NCBI RefSeq assembly: GCF_963921235.1
Contig: NC_086097.1
Span: 96,908,001-96,972,000 of the forward strand
Direction of reading: 5' to 3'
From: Mobula hypostoma
Lineage: Eukaryota
DNA length: 64,000 nt
Shown here: piece after piece, positions 52,226-64,000 of the stretch
Layout: every line of letters begins with the position of its first letter
Position numbering within the stretch: the first letter of the stretch is position 1
The notes under the pieces: model-generated
Told to the model about the DNA's origin: nothing
The model's database searches: none
What the model saw: only the letters and a program-made list of their open reading frames with translations
Position numbers and translations under genes: made by a program

Positions 52226-53120
52226 TCTTAAAGCTATGTCCTCTTGTACTGAGCAGTGGTGCCCTGGGGAAGAGGCGCTGGCTGTCCACTCTATCTATTC
52301 CTCTTAATATCTTGTATACCTCTATCATATCTCCTTTCATCCTCTTTTCCTCTAAAGCGTAAAGCCCTAGCTCCCTTAATCTCTGATCATAATCCATACT
52401 CTCTAAACTAGGCAGCACCCTGGTAAATCTCCTCTGTACCCTTTCCATTGCTTCCACATCCTTCTTATTGTGAGGTGACCAGAACTGGGCACAGTACTCC
52501 AAGTGTGGCCTACCCAGAGTTTTATAGAGCTGCATCATTACCTCATGACTCTTAAACGCTATCCCTCGACTAATGAAAGCTAACACCCCATAAGCTTTCT
52601 TAACTACCCTATCTACCTGAGGCAACTTTCAGGGATCTGTGGACATGTACCTCCAGATCCCTCTGCTCCTCCACATTACCAAGTATCCTGCCATTTACTT
52701 TGTACTCTGCCTTGGAGTTTGTCCTTTCAAAGTGTACCACCTCACACTTCTCTGGGTTGAACTCCATCTGCCACTTCTCAGCCCACTTCTACATCCTATC
52801 AACGTCTCTCTGCAATCTTCGACAATCCTCTACACTATCCACAACACCACCAACCTTTGTGTCATCTGCAAACTTGCCAACCCACCCTTCTACCCCCACA
52901 TCCAGGTCATTAATAAAAATCACGAAAAGTAGAGGTCCCAGAACCGATCCTGGGACACCACTAGTCACAACCCTCCAATCCAAATGTACTCCCGCCACTA
53001 CGACCCTCTGCTTTCTGCAGGCAAGCCAATTCTGAATCTACCTGGCCAAACTTCCCTGGATCCCATGCCTTCTGACTTTCTGAATAAGCCCACCGTGTGG
53101 AACCTTGTCAAGTGCCTTAC
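52226..53120 (-). mobile_element. CR1 LINE RT fragment
   Basis: [10 protein letters not shown] and YKTLGRPHLEYC on the minus strand. Confidence 0.9.
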
Positions 53121-54399
53121 AATTGCATGACTGTGTGAATAAAAGATGGTCTCTCTGAAGCATAGAGGATTGACAAGATCTCATGAGGAGAAATTACTTT
53201 AAATAGCAGCTTTAAAGGTTTGAAATTTTCCATCCTAGAGTGCTGTTCAAGGTCGTTCAGCTCTTGTGTATGACCTTGATTAAAGCATTCAAAAATCTAA
53301 AGGCATCTCATCCACCGGTTCTCCCTTATTTATCAGGTTAGTTGGCACCCCTTGGACTAAAGCTTTGCTGTTGCATTTATAGAAGAATGGAATGGAACCT
53401 CCAATGCACAGGATAGCAGGAAGCTGCAGAGGATTGTGGATTCAGACAGCTCCATTGTAGACACATCTTCCCCAGCAGGGCCTCAAGAAAATGGCTTCTA
53501 TCATGAAGGACCCTCTCCATCCTGGGCATGCTTTCCCCTTGTTACTACCATTAGTGGTGACATACAGGAGCCTGAAGACCCAAACTCAATGATTCAGAAA
53601 CAGCTCTGAAACCTCTGCCAAAATATTTCTGAAAGATCCATGGACCCACAAAATCTGCCTCATTATTCCTTCTTCTTGTGCTATTTATTTTTAATTTTTA
53701 GATTTTTGTGACTTTGTGCCGTATTGGTGCCAAGAATAATAAATTTCATGTCATGTCAGGGATAATATATCTGATTTGGATTTTGATCAGATTGGTGTGC
53801 TCGAGAAATAAGTGGATATGGAATCAGGTGGGAAACTGGTGCACCATAATGTTATTAGATTAGATTAGATTCAACTTTATTGTCATTGTGCCGAGTACAG
53901 ATACAAAGCCAATGAAATGCATTTAGCATCTGACCGGAAATGCAAAGAATAGTGTTATTTACAAAATAACTGCGAATAAAAAAAGTGCTACAGCACACCA
54001 ATATAAAAGTACTGGGACAGGACAATATGGATGCAATACTGCTTAGCGCTGTGATGTGAGATTCAGCAGGGTCACAGCCTCAGGGAAGAAGCTTTTCCTG
54101 TGCCTGCTGGTGCGGGAGTGGAGGCTCCTGTAGCGCCTACCGGATGGGAGGAGAGTAAGAAGTCCATGGTTAGGGTGAGATGCATCCCTGATCATGAGTG
54201 GTGGGCTGAACCCCAGGGGTTATTTGGTGGCATTCTGTATGTATTCTGCTGGCTAAGGCTCCGGTGGAACGTGATACAGCTGGAGAGATGGGCAAGATGC
54301 GTGAAATAAATCAGGCCTCCCACAGGAGCAACCAGCTGATGATGAATTGCAGGCAGACCATAGCCAGTTGTCCATTGGATTGATTTCCAGTTTGCCTGA

Positions 54400-54980
54400 G
54401 GAAAAAGAAGTAGATTTATTAAACCCTAGTTAGGCTGCTTCTGGGGTGTTGCGTTCCATTCTGGCTGCCTCATTATCGGAATGATGTGGAGGCGGTGAAG
54501 TGAGTTCAGGTGATACTCACCAAGGTGTGGCCTGGAAGAGAGAGTGTGAGCTGTAAGGAGAGATTGGTTCCTATGGAGAGGCATAAGCTGAGGGGAGACC
54601 TGATGGAAGTTTATAAGATTATGAAAGACATAGATGGAGAAAGCAGCTGGTATCTTTTATCCTGGGTTGAAATGTTTAGTGCATCTAAGGTGAGAAGGGG
54701 TAAGTCCGAAGGAGATGTGCAGGGCAAGATTTTTACACAGCGAACTGTAGGCACCTAGAATGTGCTGCCGAAGTGATGGTGGAGGCAAATATAATAGAGG
54801 TGTCAAAGAGGCTCTTAGAGAGGCACATGAATATGAGGAGATTAGAGGGATATGGACATTGTCTAGGCAGAAGGCATTAGTTTAGTTAGGCAATTAATTC
54901 ATAGTTTAATCAGTCTGTCACAAATTTGTTGGGTGAAGGACTTGTTCCTGTGCAGTACTGATCTACGATCTATAGTCTAG
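54400..54980 (+). mobile_element. Decayed CR1 3' end
   Basis: LRGDLMEVYKIMK and KIFTQRTVG. Confidence 0.75.
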
Positions 54981-55934
54981 ATTGAATGTTGATAGATTGT
55001 CAGTACCTCTCTAACTTCACTGCAAAATCCTGGTGTTTTTTGCACTCTGGTCCACTTCATCTTACCAGCTGGAATCCAGAGCTCAGCATTAAGAAAATGG
55101 CCAACAACCCACTGGCAATCAACTGGCAGGGGATAGAGATGAGGCCTTCTTCCTGAAGCAAAAGGATAGCTGCTCAATTCACTGTCAGTCCTGTGCTGTA
55201 GGACCTGAGACTGTGAAATTTAATAAGCAGTGGCACTGTTGAATTGATTTAGAGTTTTTCTCTTGGACATGTAAAAGAGAAGCTCCTCTATTTAGGCACA
55301 ATCTTATCCGTCCTTGGGATGTATGAGATTGCATGGTAGTCAGTGAAGATACCACTGTGTCACAGTATCTTGTCAATGTACAGATATACACCATTAAATC
55401 TTTGGAGTACATATCTTTGACTTATAATTTTTTCTTTCACTACAACAAGCAGCATGTTGCTTTCTGTACAGAGGAGTGCACATTATTGAAATACCGATGA
55501 TGCATTTCACACATTCCTTTTAATTTATCAAAATGCTTCTCTTTCTGAATGTCAAAGGAAGGGTGGAAACTATTTGTACACAGTTCACACAAAAAATAAT
55601 GGGGCTTGCCTTTCAGTGAAGGGAATCATGTAATAGAATGTAGAACCTACAATATTACAGCTCCATACGGGCTGTTTGGCTCAGAATGTTGTGCTGACCT
55701 TTTAACCCACTGTAAGATCAATCTAACTCTTCCTTCCTACATAATCCTCCATTTTTCTATCATCCATGTGCCTGTCAAAGAATTTCTTAAATGCCCCTAA
55801 TATACCTGCCTCTACTACCACCCGTGGCAGGCGTTCCCCGTGCTCATCGCTCTCTGTGTACAGAATTTACCTCTGACATTCCCCTCTATAATAATGCCCC
55901 TTTCTAGTAGCCATTTCCACCTGGGTAAAAAGTT

Positions 55935-56700
55935 GAAAGTTCAAAGTAAATTTTGTTATCAAAGTACATGTATGTCAAAATATACAGCCTTGAGATTCAT
56001 TTTCCTGTAGGCATACTCAGCAAGTCGATAGAATAGTAAGTATAACAGATTAGAGTGCTGAAGACAACAAACTATGCAAATGCAAATATAACTAAATAGC
56101 AATAAATAACGAGAACATGACATACTGATATAAAGGGTCCTTGAAAGTGCGATCATCGGTTGTAGGAACATTTCAACGATGAGGCAAGTGAATGTAGTTA
56201 TCCCCTTCTATGCGAGAACCTGGGGGTGCGAGTCCAGAGGCTCTTGTACTTTCTACCTGATGGCAGCAGTGAGAAGAGAGCATGGCCTGGGTGGTGGGCA
56301 TCTCTGATGATGGATGCTGCTTTCCTACCACACCATTTTTTACGTGGATGTGCTCAATGGTTGGGAGGGCTTTACCCGTGATGTACAGGGATGAATCCAC
56401 TACTTCTTGCAGCGTTTTCCCATACCAAGCCAGGGTGCAGCCAGTCAATACACTCTCCACTACACATCTATAGAAATTTGTCAAAGTTTTAGATGTCTTG
56501 CCAAATCTCCACTGTCCCCTAAGGAAGTGAAGGTGCTGACATGCTTTTGACACAATTCCACTTACGTGCTGGGCCCAGGACAGGTACTCTGAAATGCTAA
56601 CACGCAGGATTTTAAGGTTGCTGATCCTCTCCACCTCTGATCCTCTGACGAGGACTGGCTCATGGACTTCCGGTTTCCCTCTCCTGAAGTCTATAATCTC
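55935..56700 (-). mobile_element. Rex/Babar-like LINE 3' fragment
   Basis: ORF 56173-56634 LSWAQH...LHFLR...LTNFYRCVVESVLTGCTLAWYG, typical of the Rex1/Babar post-RT domain. Confidence 0.8.
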
Positions 56701-56915
56701 TGTCTGGTTAGTACCTGGCTATCCACTCTATCTATGCCTCCTATATAGATGCAACATTACCTCTTGGCTCTTAAACTCAATCCTACAATTCATGAAGGCC
56801 AATGCACCATATGCTTTCTTAACCACAGAGTCAACCTGCGTAGCAGCTTTGAGTGTCCTATGGACTTGGACTCCAAGGTCCCTCTGATCCTCCATATTCC
56901 ACACCCTTGGTCCCA

Positions 56916-57995
56916 TTGCTCTGATATTGGCTTGTTTGACAATGACTTTAGTCAGCTTCTGACTTTTCCCTGCTTGACTCAGAACCGTATCTTGTCTGAT
57001 CATGCAAGAGGGAAAGGCAGCACTATGATTGTGATGTGACGATGGAGCTGTCAATTTGCAGATTGTCTAGGACAATTGAGCTCTCATCCAAAGGTAAGCT
57101 CCTCCCTCACATTAATAAGGAATAACGTAATCAAGCTACAGCCCACACCTAGAGTTTAGAAGATGAACAGAAAGCTCTTTAGAAAGACTATTCACCCTGT
57201 CATGGTGTAGCTGGCTTCCAACTGGCCCCTCCAGCCAGCTGTGCAGCAGTTCATTGTGCCCGCAGCAGTTTGTCTTGATGCTGTATTTCAATGCAGGGTC
57301 TTTTTATGTATGCAAACCTGGCACTTGTGTTGGTTGTGTAAACAAACCTAATTTATATTCATGCAAATTTTGAAAAAGGAAGAGGGGACATGCAGAAGCC
57401 TTTGGAGCATCGACTCTTCAGATGGAGCATCACAGTGGTGAGCTGCATAATTGAAATTAGATCTTGTGGTAGAAACTGCTGACATCTCCTATTCTGGGAG
57501 GTTGGCAGCTCATGTCCTGTGATTTGCAATTGTTTGAAGTTTGGTAAACAGCAACTTAAGAACTTAGATCTTCTAAGAGCTAACATATGTTAAGCATTGT
57601 AGTAATTCAAATAAAGCCACTTACTGCTATGCATTCACTGGCGCCAAGCTAGTAACTCATTTGACAGCTGCTATCTTGGTTTAATCTTAGCACTGATGAA
57701 TGCATAGCATAAAAAAAGCTTTAATTAGAATTTACCAGACACATAAGAAAGAGTACAATTTTCAGCGATTGTGGCTAAAGCAAGATATTAAATTAATTAA
57801 CTGGGATTGATCAGGCCTCCAGGAATAGGTCCAACTAGAGTTGGCCACCCTCGTTGCTCTGAATTGGCTTGTTTGACGATGACTTTAGTCAGCTTCTGAC
57901 ATCTGCCTGCTTAGCTCAGAACCGTCCTTGTCTGATCATGCAAAAGGGAAAGGCAGCACTATGATTTTGATGTGAAGGTGGAGCTGTCAATTTGC
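56916..57995 (+). repeat. ~143-bp direct repeat pair (56916-57059 and 57854-57995)
   Basis: ttgctctga...gcttgtttgac.atgactttagtcagcttctgac...tgtctgatcatgcaa.agggaaaggcagcactatgatt...ggagctgtcaatttgc is present twice. Confidence 0.9.
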
Positions 57996-59189
57996 TGGGG
58001 AAGATTCCCTCTCTTTAAATGGATAGGAAAGGCAGGCATGGACAATCTCACCCAGTCCGACTGAGCAAGAGGTGGAGGATGAAGATATAGTGACCTTGTC
58101 ATTGGTAGCAATGAAACACACAGCAACTTCTACTATGTCTTACCTTGCTGTCTCTTCCCAGATAATCTAGTGCTCCTCATGGTGTCATGATAACAACCTT
58201 TCTCTTAATGTCAACAAAACAAAACAGCTAGTAATTATCGTCAGAAGGGGAGACGGTGCACATGCTCTTGTCTGTATCGATGTTGTTGAGGTTGAAAACT
58301 TCCAGAAGTGAGCATCACCAATACCTGGTCCTAGTCCAAACATGTTGATGTTGAGTACCTCTACTTCCTCATGTTCTTGCACTTTATCATTTACTTTATC
58401 ATTTTCATCTTTAGTAGCTTTTACACTATATTCAGCATTGTCGTTGTTTTACCTTATCTAGCTTAATGAATAGTGTGATGATCAGTGTCTGTGTAAACAA
58501 TATATATATAAACAAGCTTTTCACTGTATTTTGGTACATGTGACAGTAATAAACCAATGCCAATACCAAAATGGTGCAAATTATAGCTTGTCCTCCTGCC
58601 GTCGTGTGATTATTTTGGGGCACTGAGACTTTGTGAGGTTATGTTATTTTAAAATTCAAACCCATCAGCTTTTTGTCATGGTGTCAATTCAACACTTGGT
58701 GACATTTGTTTCAAGATGGTTTGCACTTACCCTTACCCTGTTATAGACCGGAAAGGTGGAAAATGCCTGCCATTCTGGTCTCAATATGGACACAGGCTTA
58801 TAAGTGACCTCAAAGTCCCTGCACTAAATTGGGAGGGGGATCAGTTAGCATTCCTGTTGTGTGTCACTATTCTGTGACTCTGAGTGAAAGTGTGTGGCCA
58901 GAGGTCAGTTGAAAACAGAATATGAGAACCAGACCATGGTGGCAGCTGTGTTGGAACATTCCACGATGTACGAGTAGAATGATGATATATTGAGGTTCGG
59001 GAAATGAACCAGTGACTGGAATCGTACCCCAATCAGAGTCAGCACTTTCCAGAAACCTGAGAGGAAGAGTTGTTGTAATGTATCGGTGAGGAGTGGGAGG
59101 AACCAAACTTTATGGAGACAGTTTATCTGTGTAGCACATTGGATTCAAGCCTTATGTCAGGATCTAATTGTTGAGCCTGAGCCAAATCT

Positions 59190-59800
59190 TAAGACCATGG
59201 GACTATATGACATTGGAGCAGAATTAGGCCACTTGGCCCATCAAGTCTGCTCCATCATTTGATCATGGCTAGTCAATTTCCCTCTTAACCACATTCCCCT
59301 GCTTTCTCCCTGTAACCTTTCATGACCTGACTTATCAAGAAGCTATCAACCTCCACCTTAAACACACTCAATGACCTGGCCTTCACAGCTGCCTGTGGCA
59401 ATGTACTCCACAGATTCACCACCCTCTGGCCAAAGAAATTCCTCTTCATTTCTGTTCTAAATAGACGTCCTTCTATTCTAAGGTTGTGCCCCCTGGTCCT
59501 AGACTCCCTCTCTATAGAAAGCATCCTATCCACATCCACTCTGTCTAGGCCTTTCATCATTTGATAGGTTTCAATGAGATCCCCCCCCCCCCCGCCATTC
59601 TTCTAAACTCCAGCAAGTACAGGTCTACAGCCATCAAACGCTCTTCACATATTAACCCTTTCATTCCCAGAATCATTCTCATGACCCTCCTATGAACTCT
59701 CTCCAATGTTAGCACATCCAAATCTGCTCACAATACTCCAGGTGAGGCCTCACCAGTGCCTTACAAAGCCTCAAAATTATATCCTTGTTTTTATATTCTG
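59190..59800 (-). mobile_element. CR1 3' fragment
   Basis: RTRGHNLRIEG...NFFGQRVVNLWS and LCKALVRPHLEYC. Confidence 0.85.
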
Positions 59801-60554
59801 AAGTTGAAAGCTCAGCAAATGCTACATTCCCTGAAGTGCAACAGGCACATGAGGTGTTAAACCAGACCATATCTGCTCTGATATTGTTTGCAGGAATGGA
59901 AATGTGTTGGCAAATACCAAACATTTGGTGACGTACTGCACCTACCTGTAAAGCAAATACAACTTAAAAGTGAAGTTATTTGGTCCATCAATTCCATGCC
60001 AGCCCCACCCCCCAGCAGAGCAACTCTATCAGTCTCATTCCCCCTTAACTTGTCTTTCTATAACCCTGATATTTATTTCCTCTTCTCAACCCCCTCTAGA
60101 TTCTTTGTCACCTACCTGCACCAGGGGTAATTTACAGCGTTCAGTTAACCAACCAACTGGAACATCTTCGGGATGTGGGAGGAAACTAAAGAACCCGAGG
60201 GAACCCAGGCGATGACAGGGAGATTGGGAGAACCCCACATGCACCTGAATGTAGGTTTGAATCTGGGACACTGAAGCTGTGAGGCCGTGTACAGGCAATT
60301 TAAAAGCTTTTCCTCCTATTGCAATGAGACAAAATAATGCCCTCTCTGACTCACTTCCACTGGACATTAGCACAGTCCATTCAATGTAGAAAATGCTGAA
60401 GGTGCTCAGCAAGTCAGGCAGCATCTGTGAAGAAGGAAGCAAAATTAACATTATAATTATCTTTCTTTGGAAGCTCAGAACTCTCAATGTATTTGTCATC
60501 TTCTTGGTCTAGTGAAAGATGATCAATCTGAAATATTAACCCAACCAATCCCAT

Positions 60555-60636
60555 CCTTTCTCTCTGTCTGTCTATCTCTTTCTCTTACACACACACACAC
60601 ACTGTCTCTCACTCTCTGTCTCTCATTCACTCTCTT

Positions 60637-60667
<31 letters not shown>

Positions 60668-60750
60668 GTTTCTCCCTGTGGCTCTATCCCTCTCTCTTCC
60701 CTCTCCAATCTCTGTCTTTCTTTCTCACTTTCTCTCACTCCTCTCTCCAC
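60555..60750. repeat. (CT)n/(CA)n low-complexity tract
   Basis: Directly visible. Confidence 0.85.
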
Positions 60751-61479
60751 AGGTGCTGCCTGACCTGCTGAGTATTTCTAGCATTTTTTGATTTTTAGTC
60801 CAAATTTCTGGCATCTGCACAATTTTATATTTAAGTTATTCATTCCACTTTGTTTATCAAACACATGACTGGCTGAAACACAGCCAGAAATAAAATATCA
60901 GACATAAAATATCAGAGTCAATACTGAATGAGCAAATTGTTTTCCATTTTCCAAAGCTGCATTAACAGTAAAAACAATATTTTAGATGCCACATATTTAG
61001 ACAGGTACAGTCCACGGTTTGAAAAGGTTTGATCCATACACAGGTAAATCAGAATCAGGTCAGATTTATTATCACTGTCTTGTATGGCATGAAGTTTGTC
61101 ATTTTGTAGCAGCAGTAAGACATAAAATTTCAATAAATTACAAAATATAAAATTGTGGAAAAAAGGAATTTTGTTCATGGGCTATTCAGAAACCTGATGG
61201 TAGAGAGGAAGAGACTGTTCCTGAATTGTTGAGTGTAGGTCTCCGGGCTCCTGCACTTCCTCCACTAGCATGTCCTGAATGGTGAAGAAGTGATGGATAT
61301 CGCCTTCTTGAGCGACCACCTTTTGAAAATGTCCTCAATGAAGTTAAGTTCAAGCAGAGTGACCATTTTGGAGCAAATAGTCTTGGAGTCCAGAGATGAG
61401 GCTTTGGCTCAAGTGGCTTCAGTGAAGTGATGCAAGGTTCAGGTCATGTCTCTTTATTTCTTGTTACACAGGTAGAGCA

Positions 61480-64000
61480 GTAGGACTAGCACGTAGGGCA
61501 GTGGCATGTTCCTCTTGCAGGATGTGGGAAATCAAGAAGACCTCCAACGCCCCTAATGACTATATCTGCAAGAGGTACATTCAGCTGCAGCTCCTTACAG
61601 GTCATGTTAGGCAACTTGGGCTGGAGCTGGATGAACTACTGATCATCTGGGAGGCCGAGAGGTCGATAAACAGGAATGTCAGGAAAGGAAAATGCAATAA
61701 GAGGTTGATAACAAATGTACCGCTTTGAATACTGTTGGAGTGGGGTGGCATCATTCACCCTGCTAGGGGAAAGGTCTCTGGCATTGAGTGCAGCTTAGAA
61801 GGGAAGGGAGTAGGGAAGAGGAGCGTGATAATGATATAGAAGTCATTAGTTAGAGGAACAGATAGGAGATTCTGAGGATGAGAACAAGACTCCCAAAATG
61901 TATATTGCTTCCCAGGTGCTAGGGTCAGAGATGTTTCAGATTAAGTCCACAACATTTTTAAGGAGGAAGGTGAGCAGCCAGAAGTCATGGTGCACATTGG
62001 TATCAATTACATACTTAGGAAAAGGATGTGCTCCTGAAGAGAAAATATGAAGAGTTCGTAAGGAAATTAAGCAGCAGGACCTCAAGGCTAGCAATCTCTA
62101 GAAGGGTGCCTGTGCAACGCCCCAATAAGGGTAAGAATTAGGATTAGTATGAATAGGTTTAGAGGGGCAGAATTTGTTATGTGGGTCCAGAAAGGACTTG
62201 TGATAGTTCGTAGACAGGCTGACTCAGGGAGAGGCCATATTGGATCTAGTGTTTGACAATGAACTAGTCAGGTGAAAGGTCTCATGGGAATAGAGACCAC
62301 GGCTCCCTTACCTTTAGGATAACCATGGACACAGATAGCAACAGATAACATAGTAAAGTACTTAAGTACTTAAAGTACTAAATACGACGGTAGTAGCCAG
62401 GTAACTGAGAACAGATGTTCTCAGAGAAACACAAAACAGTGGTTGTTTAGGAAGCACTTGTATAAGGTTCTAGATGGGCTTGTTCCACTGTGACAGGGAA
62501 AGGATGGTAGAGTAAAGCAACCATGGTTGACAAAGGAGGTGGAATCTATAGTGAGGATGAAGAAGGAAGCATTGTTCAGATATAGGAAGTAAATATCAAA
62601 CAGTACCCTTGAGAATTGTAAGGTGGCCAGGAAGGAACTTAAGAATGGACTTAGGAGAGCTAGAAGTGGACATGAAAAAGCCTTGCAAAGTAAGGGTAAG
62701 TAAAATCCCAACGCATTCCACACATATGTAAAGAACAGGAGGTTGACTAGAGTGGTCAAGAATGTGTCTAGAGTTGGAGGAGGTAGGAGGAGGACCTTAA
62801 TGAATATTTGTCTTCAGTGTTCACCAGGGAGAGGGATTTTAATGAAGGTGATGTCAGTGTAGAAAAGGCTAATGTGCTGAAGCATTTTGAGGTTAAGAAA
62901 GAGGCTTCTGAAAAACATTAGGATAAAACTTCTGAAAAACATAAGTCCCTGGGGCCAGATAGGATATACCCCAGGTTACTGCAGGAAGTGAGAGAAGAGA
63001 TTATTGGGGCATAGATGATGATCTTTACATCCTTCATGAGCACAGGACTGGTAGCAGAGGACTGGAGGATGGCAAATGGTGTTCTGTTGTTCAAGAAAGG
63101 TGATAAGGGCAATCATGGGTGTTATAGACCAGTGAGTTTTATGTCAGTGGTGGGCAATCTATTGGAGAGGGTTCTTGAGGACACCACTTGGAGAGGCATA
63201 GTCTTATGAGAGACAGTCAGCAAGGCTTTGTGAGGTGCAGGTCATGCTTCATGAGCCTAAATGAGTTTTTCATGGAGATGAAGGTAGAATGGTGGGTGAG
63301 GTTACTTGGATTTTAGTAAGGCATTTGGCAAGGTTTTCAATGGTAGGCTCAGCCAGAAAGTCATGAGGCATAGGATCCATCTAAGTTTGGATGCATAGAC
63401 TCCAAATTGGCTTGCTCACAGAACGCAGAGGGCGGCAGTAGATGGAGCACTTTGCCCAAATGTCAGTGACTAGTGGTGTTCCACAGGAATCTATTCTGGC
63501 AGCCCTGCTCTTTGTGTCTTTTATAAATTACTTGCCTGAGAAAATGGAGGAGTAGATCAGTAAGTTTGCATGTGACAAGAAGGTTGAAGGTGTAGTGGAT
63601 AGTGTTTTTGTAGATTCCAACAGGGTATAGACAGAATGCAGAGCTCGAATGAGAAGTGGCAGATGAGGTTCAATTTGGAAATGTGTGAAGTCATTCATTT
63701 TGGAAGATCGAACTTGAAAGTGAAGTACAATATTATTGGCAGAATTCATAGCAGTGTGAAGGAATGGGGGATCTTAGTATCCAAGTTCATAGATCCCTTA
63801 AAGTTGCTGTGGAAGTTGATAGGATGGTTAAGAAGGTACACTTGGTATGCTGGCCTTCATTAGTTGGGGAACTGAGTTTAAGAGTAACAAAATAATGTTG
63901 CAGCTCTATAAAACTCTACTTACACCAAACTGATCAACAGTAATCTGTTCCTTTCTGGCTACCTCTTTATAGGAAGGATGTAAAAGCTTTAGAGAGGCTG
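61480..64000 (+). mobile_element. Old CR1 LINE (ORF1 zinc finger/esterase remnants and ORF2), running off the window
   Basis: CSSCRMWE...DYICKR, tgcttcccaggtgctagggtc (CFPGARV), VMVHIG, KSLGPD, EDWRMAN and FNLEMCEVIHFG. Confidence 0.85.

Noticed and set aside
1..64000. CRISPR array, operon or other prokaryotic system
   Set aside because: No regularly spaced repeat-spacer array or bacterial gene organisation. The window is vertebrate repeat-rich DNA.

Overview
Repeat-dense vertebrate genomic DNA, most likely from a cartilaginous fish. This is inferred from the repeat mix: CR1 LINEs, Penelope elements, tRNA-derived SINEs, Rex/Babar and L1/Tx1 LINEs, Gmr1-clade SCAN-domain Gypsy elements and a class I ERV remnant. 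The only host-gene content I can support is a minus-strand tandem cluster of two-exon GPR139/GPR142-like class A GPCR loci. One copy has an intact 7TM exon 2 (2904-3805), but its exon 1 (7763-7834) is 1 nt short. A second exon 2 (about 38990-39675) is pseudogenised, and two further decayed exon-1 homologues lie at 43403-43485 and about 47321-47380. Notable mobile-element features are a young, TSD-flanked, internally deleted Gmr1-like element, a minimal hammerhead ribozyme in a Penelope copy, an apparently 5'-inverted L1, a multi-level nested insertion, and an ERV flanked by a roughly 320-bp duplication instead of a short TSD. There are no prokaryotic features, CRISPR arrays, rRNA or intact tRNA genes. 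Boundaries of old repeats are approximate and all alignments were done by eye.
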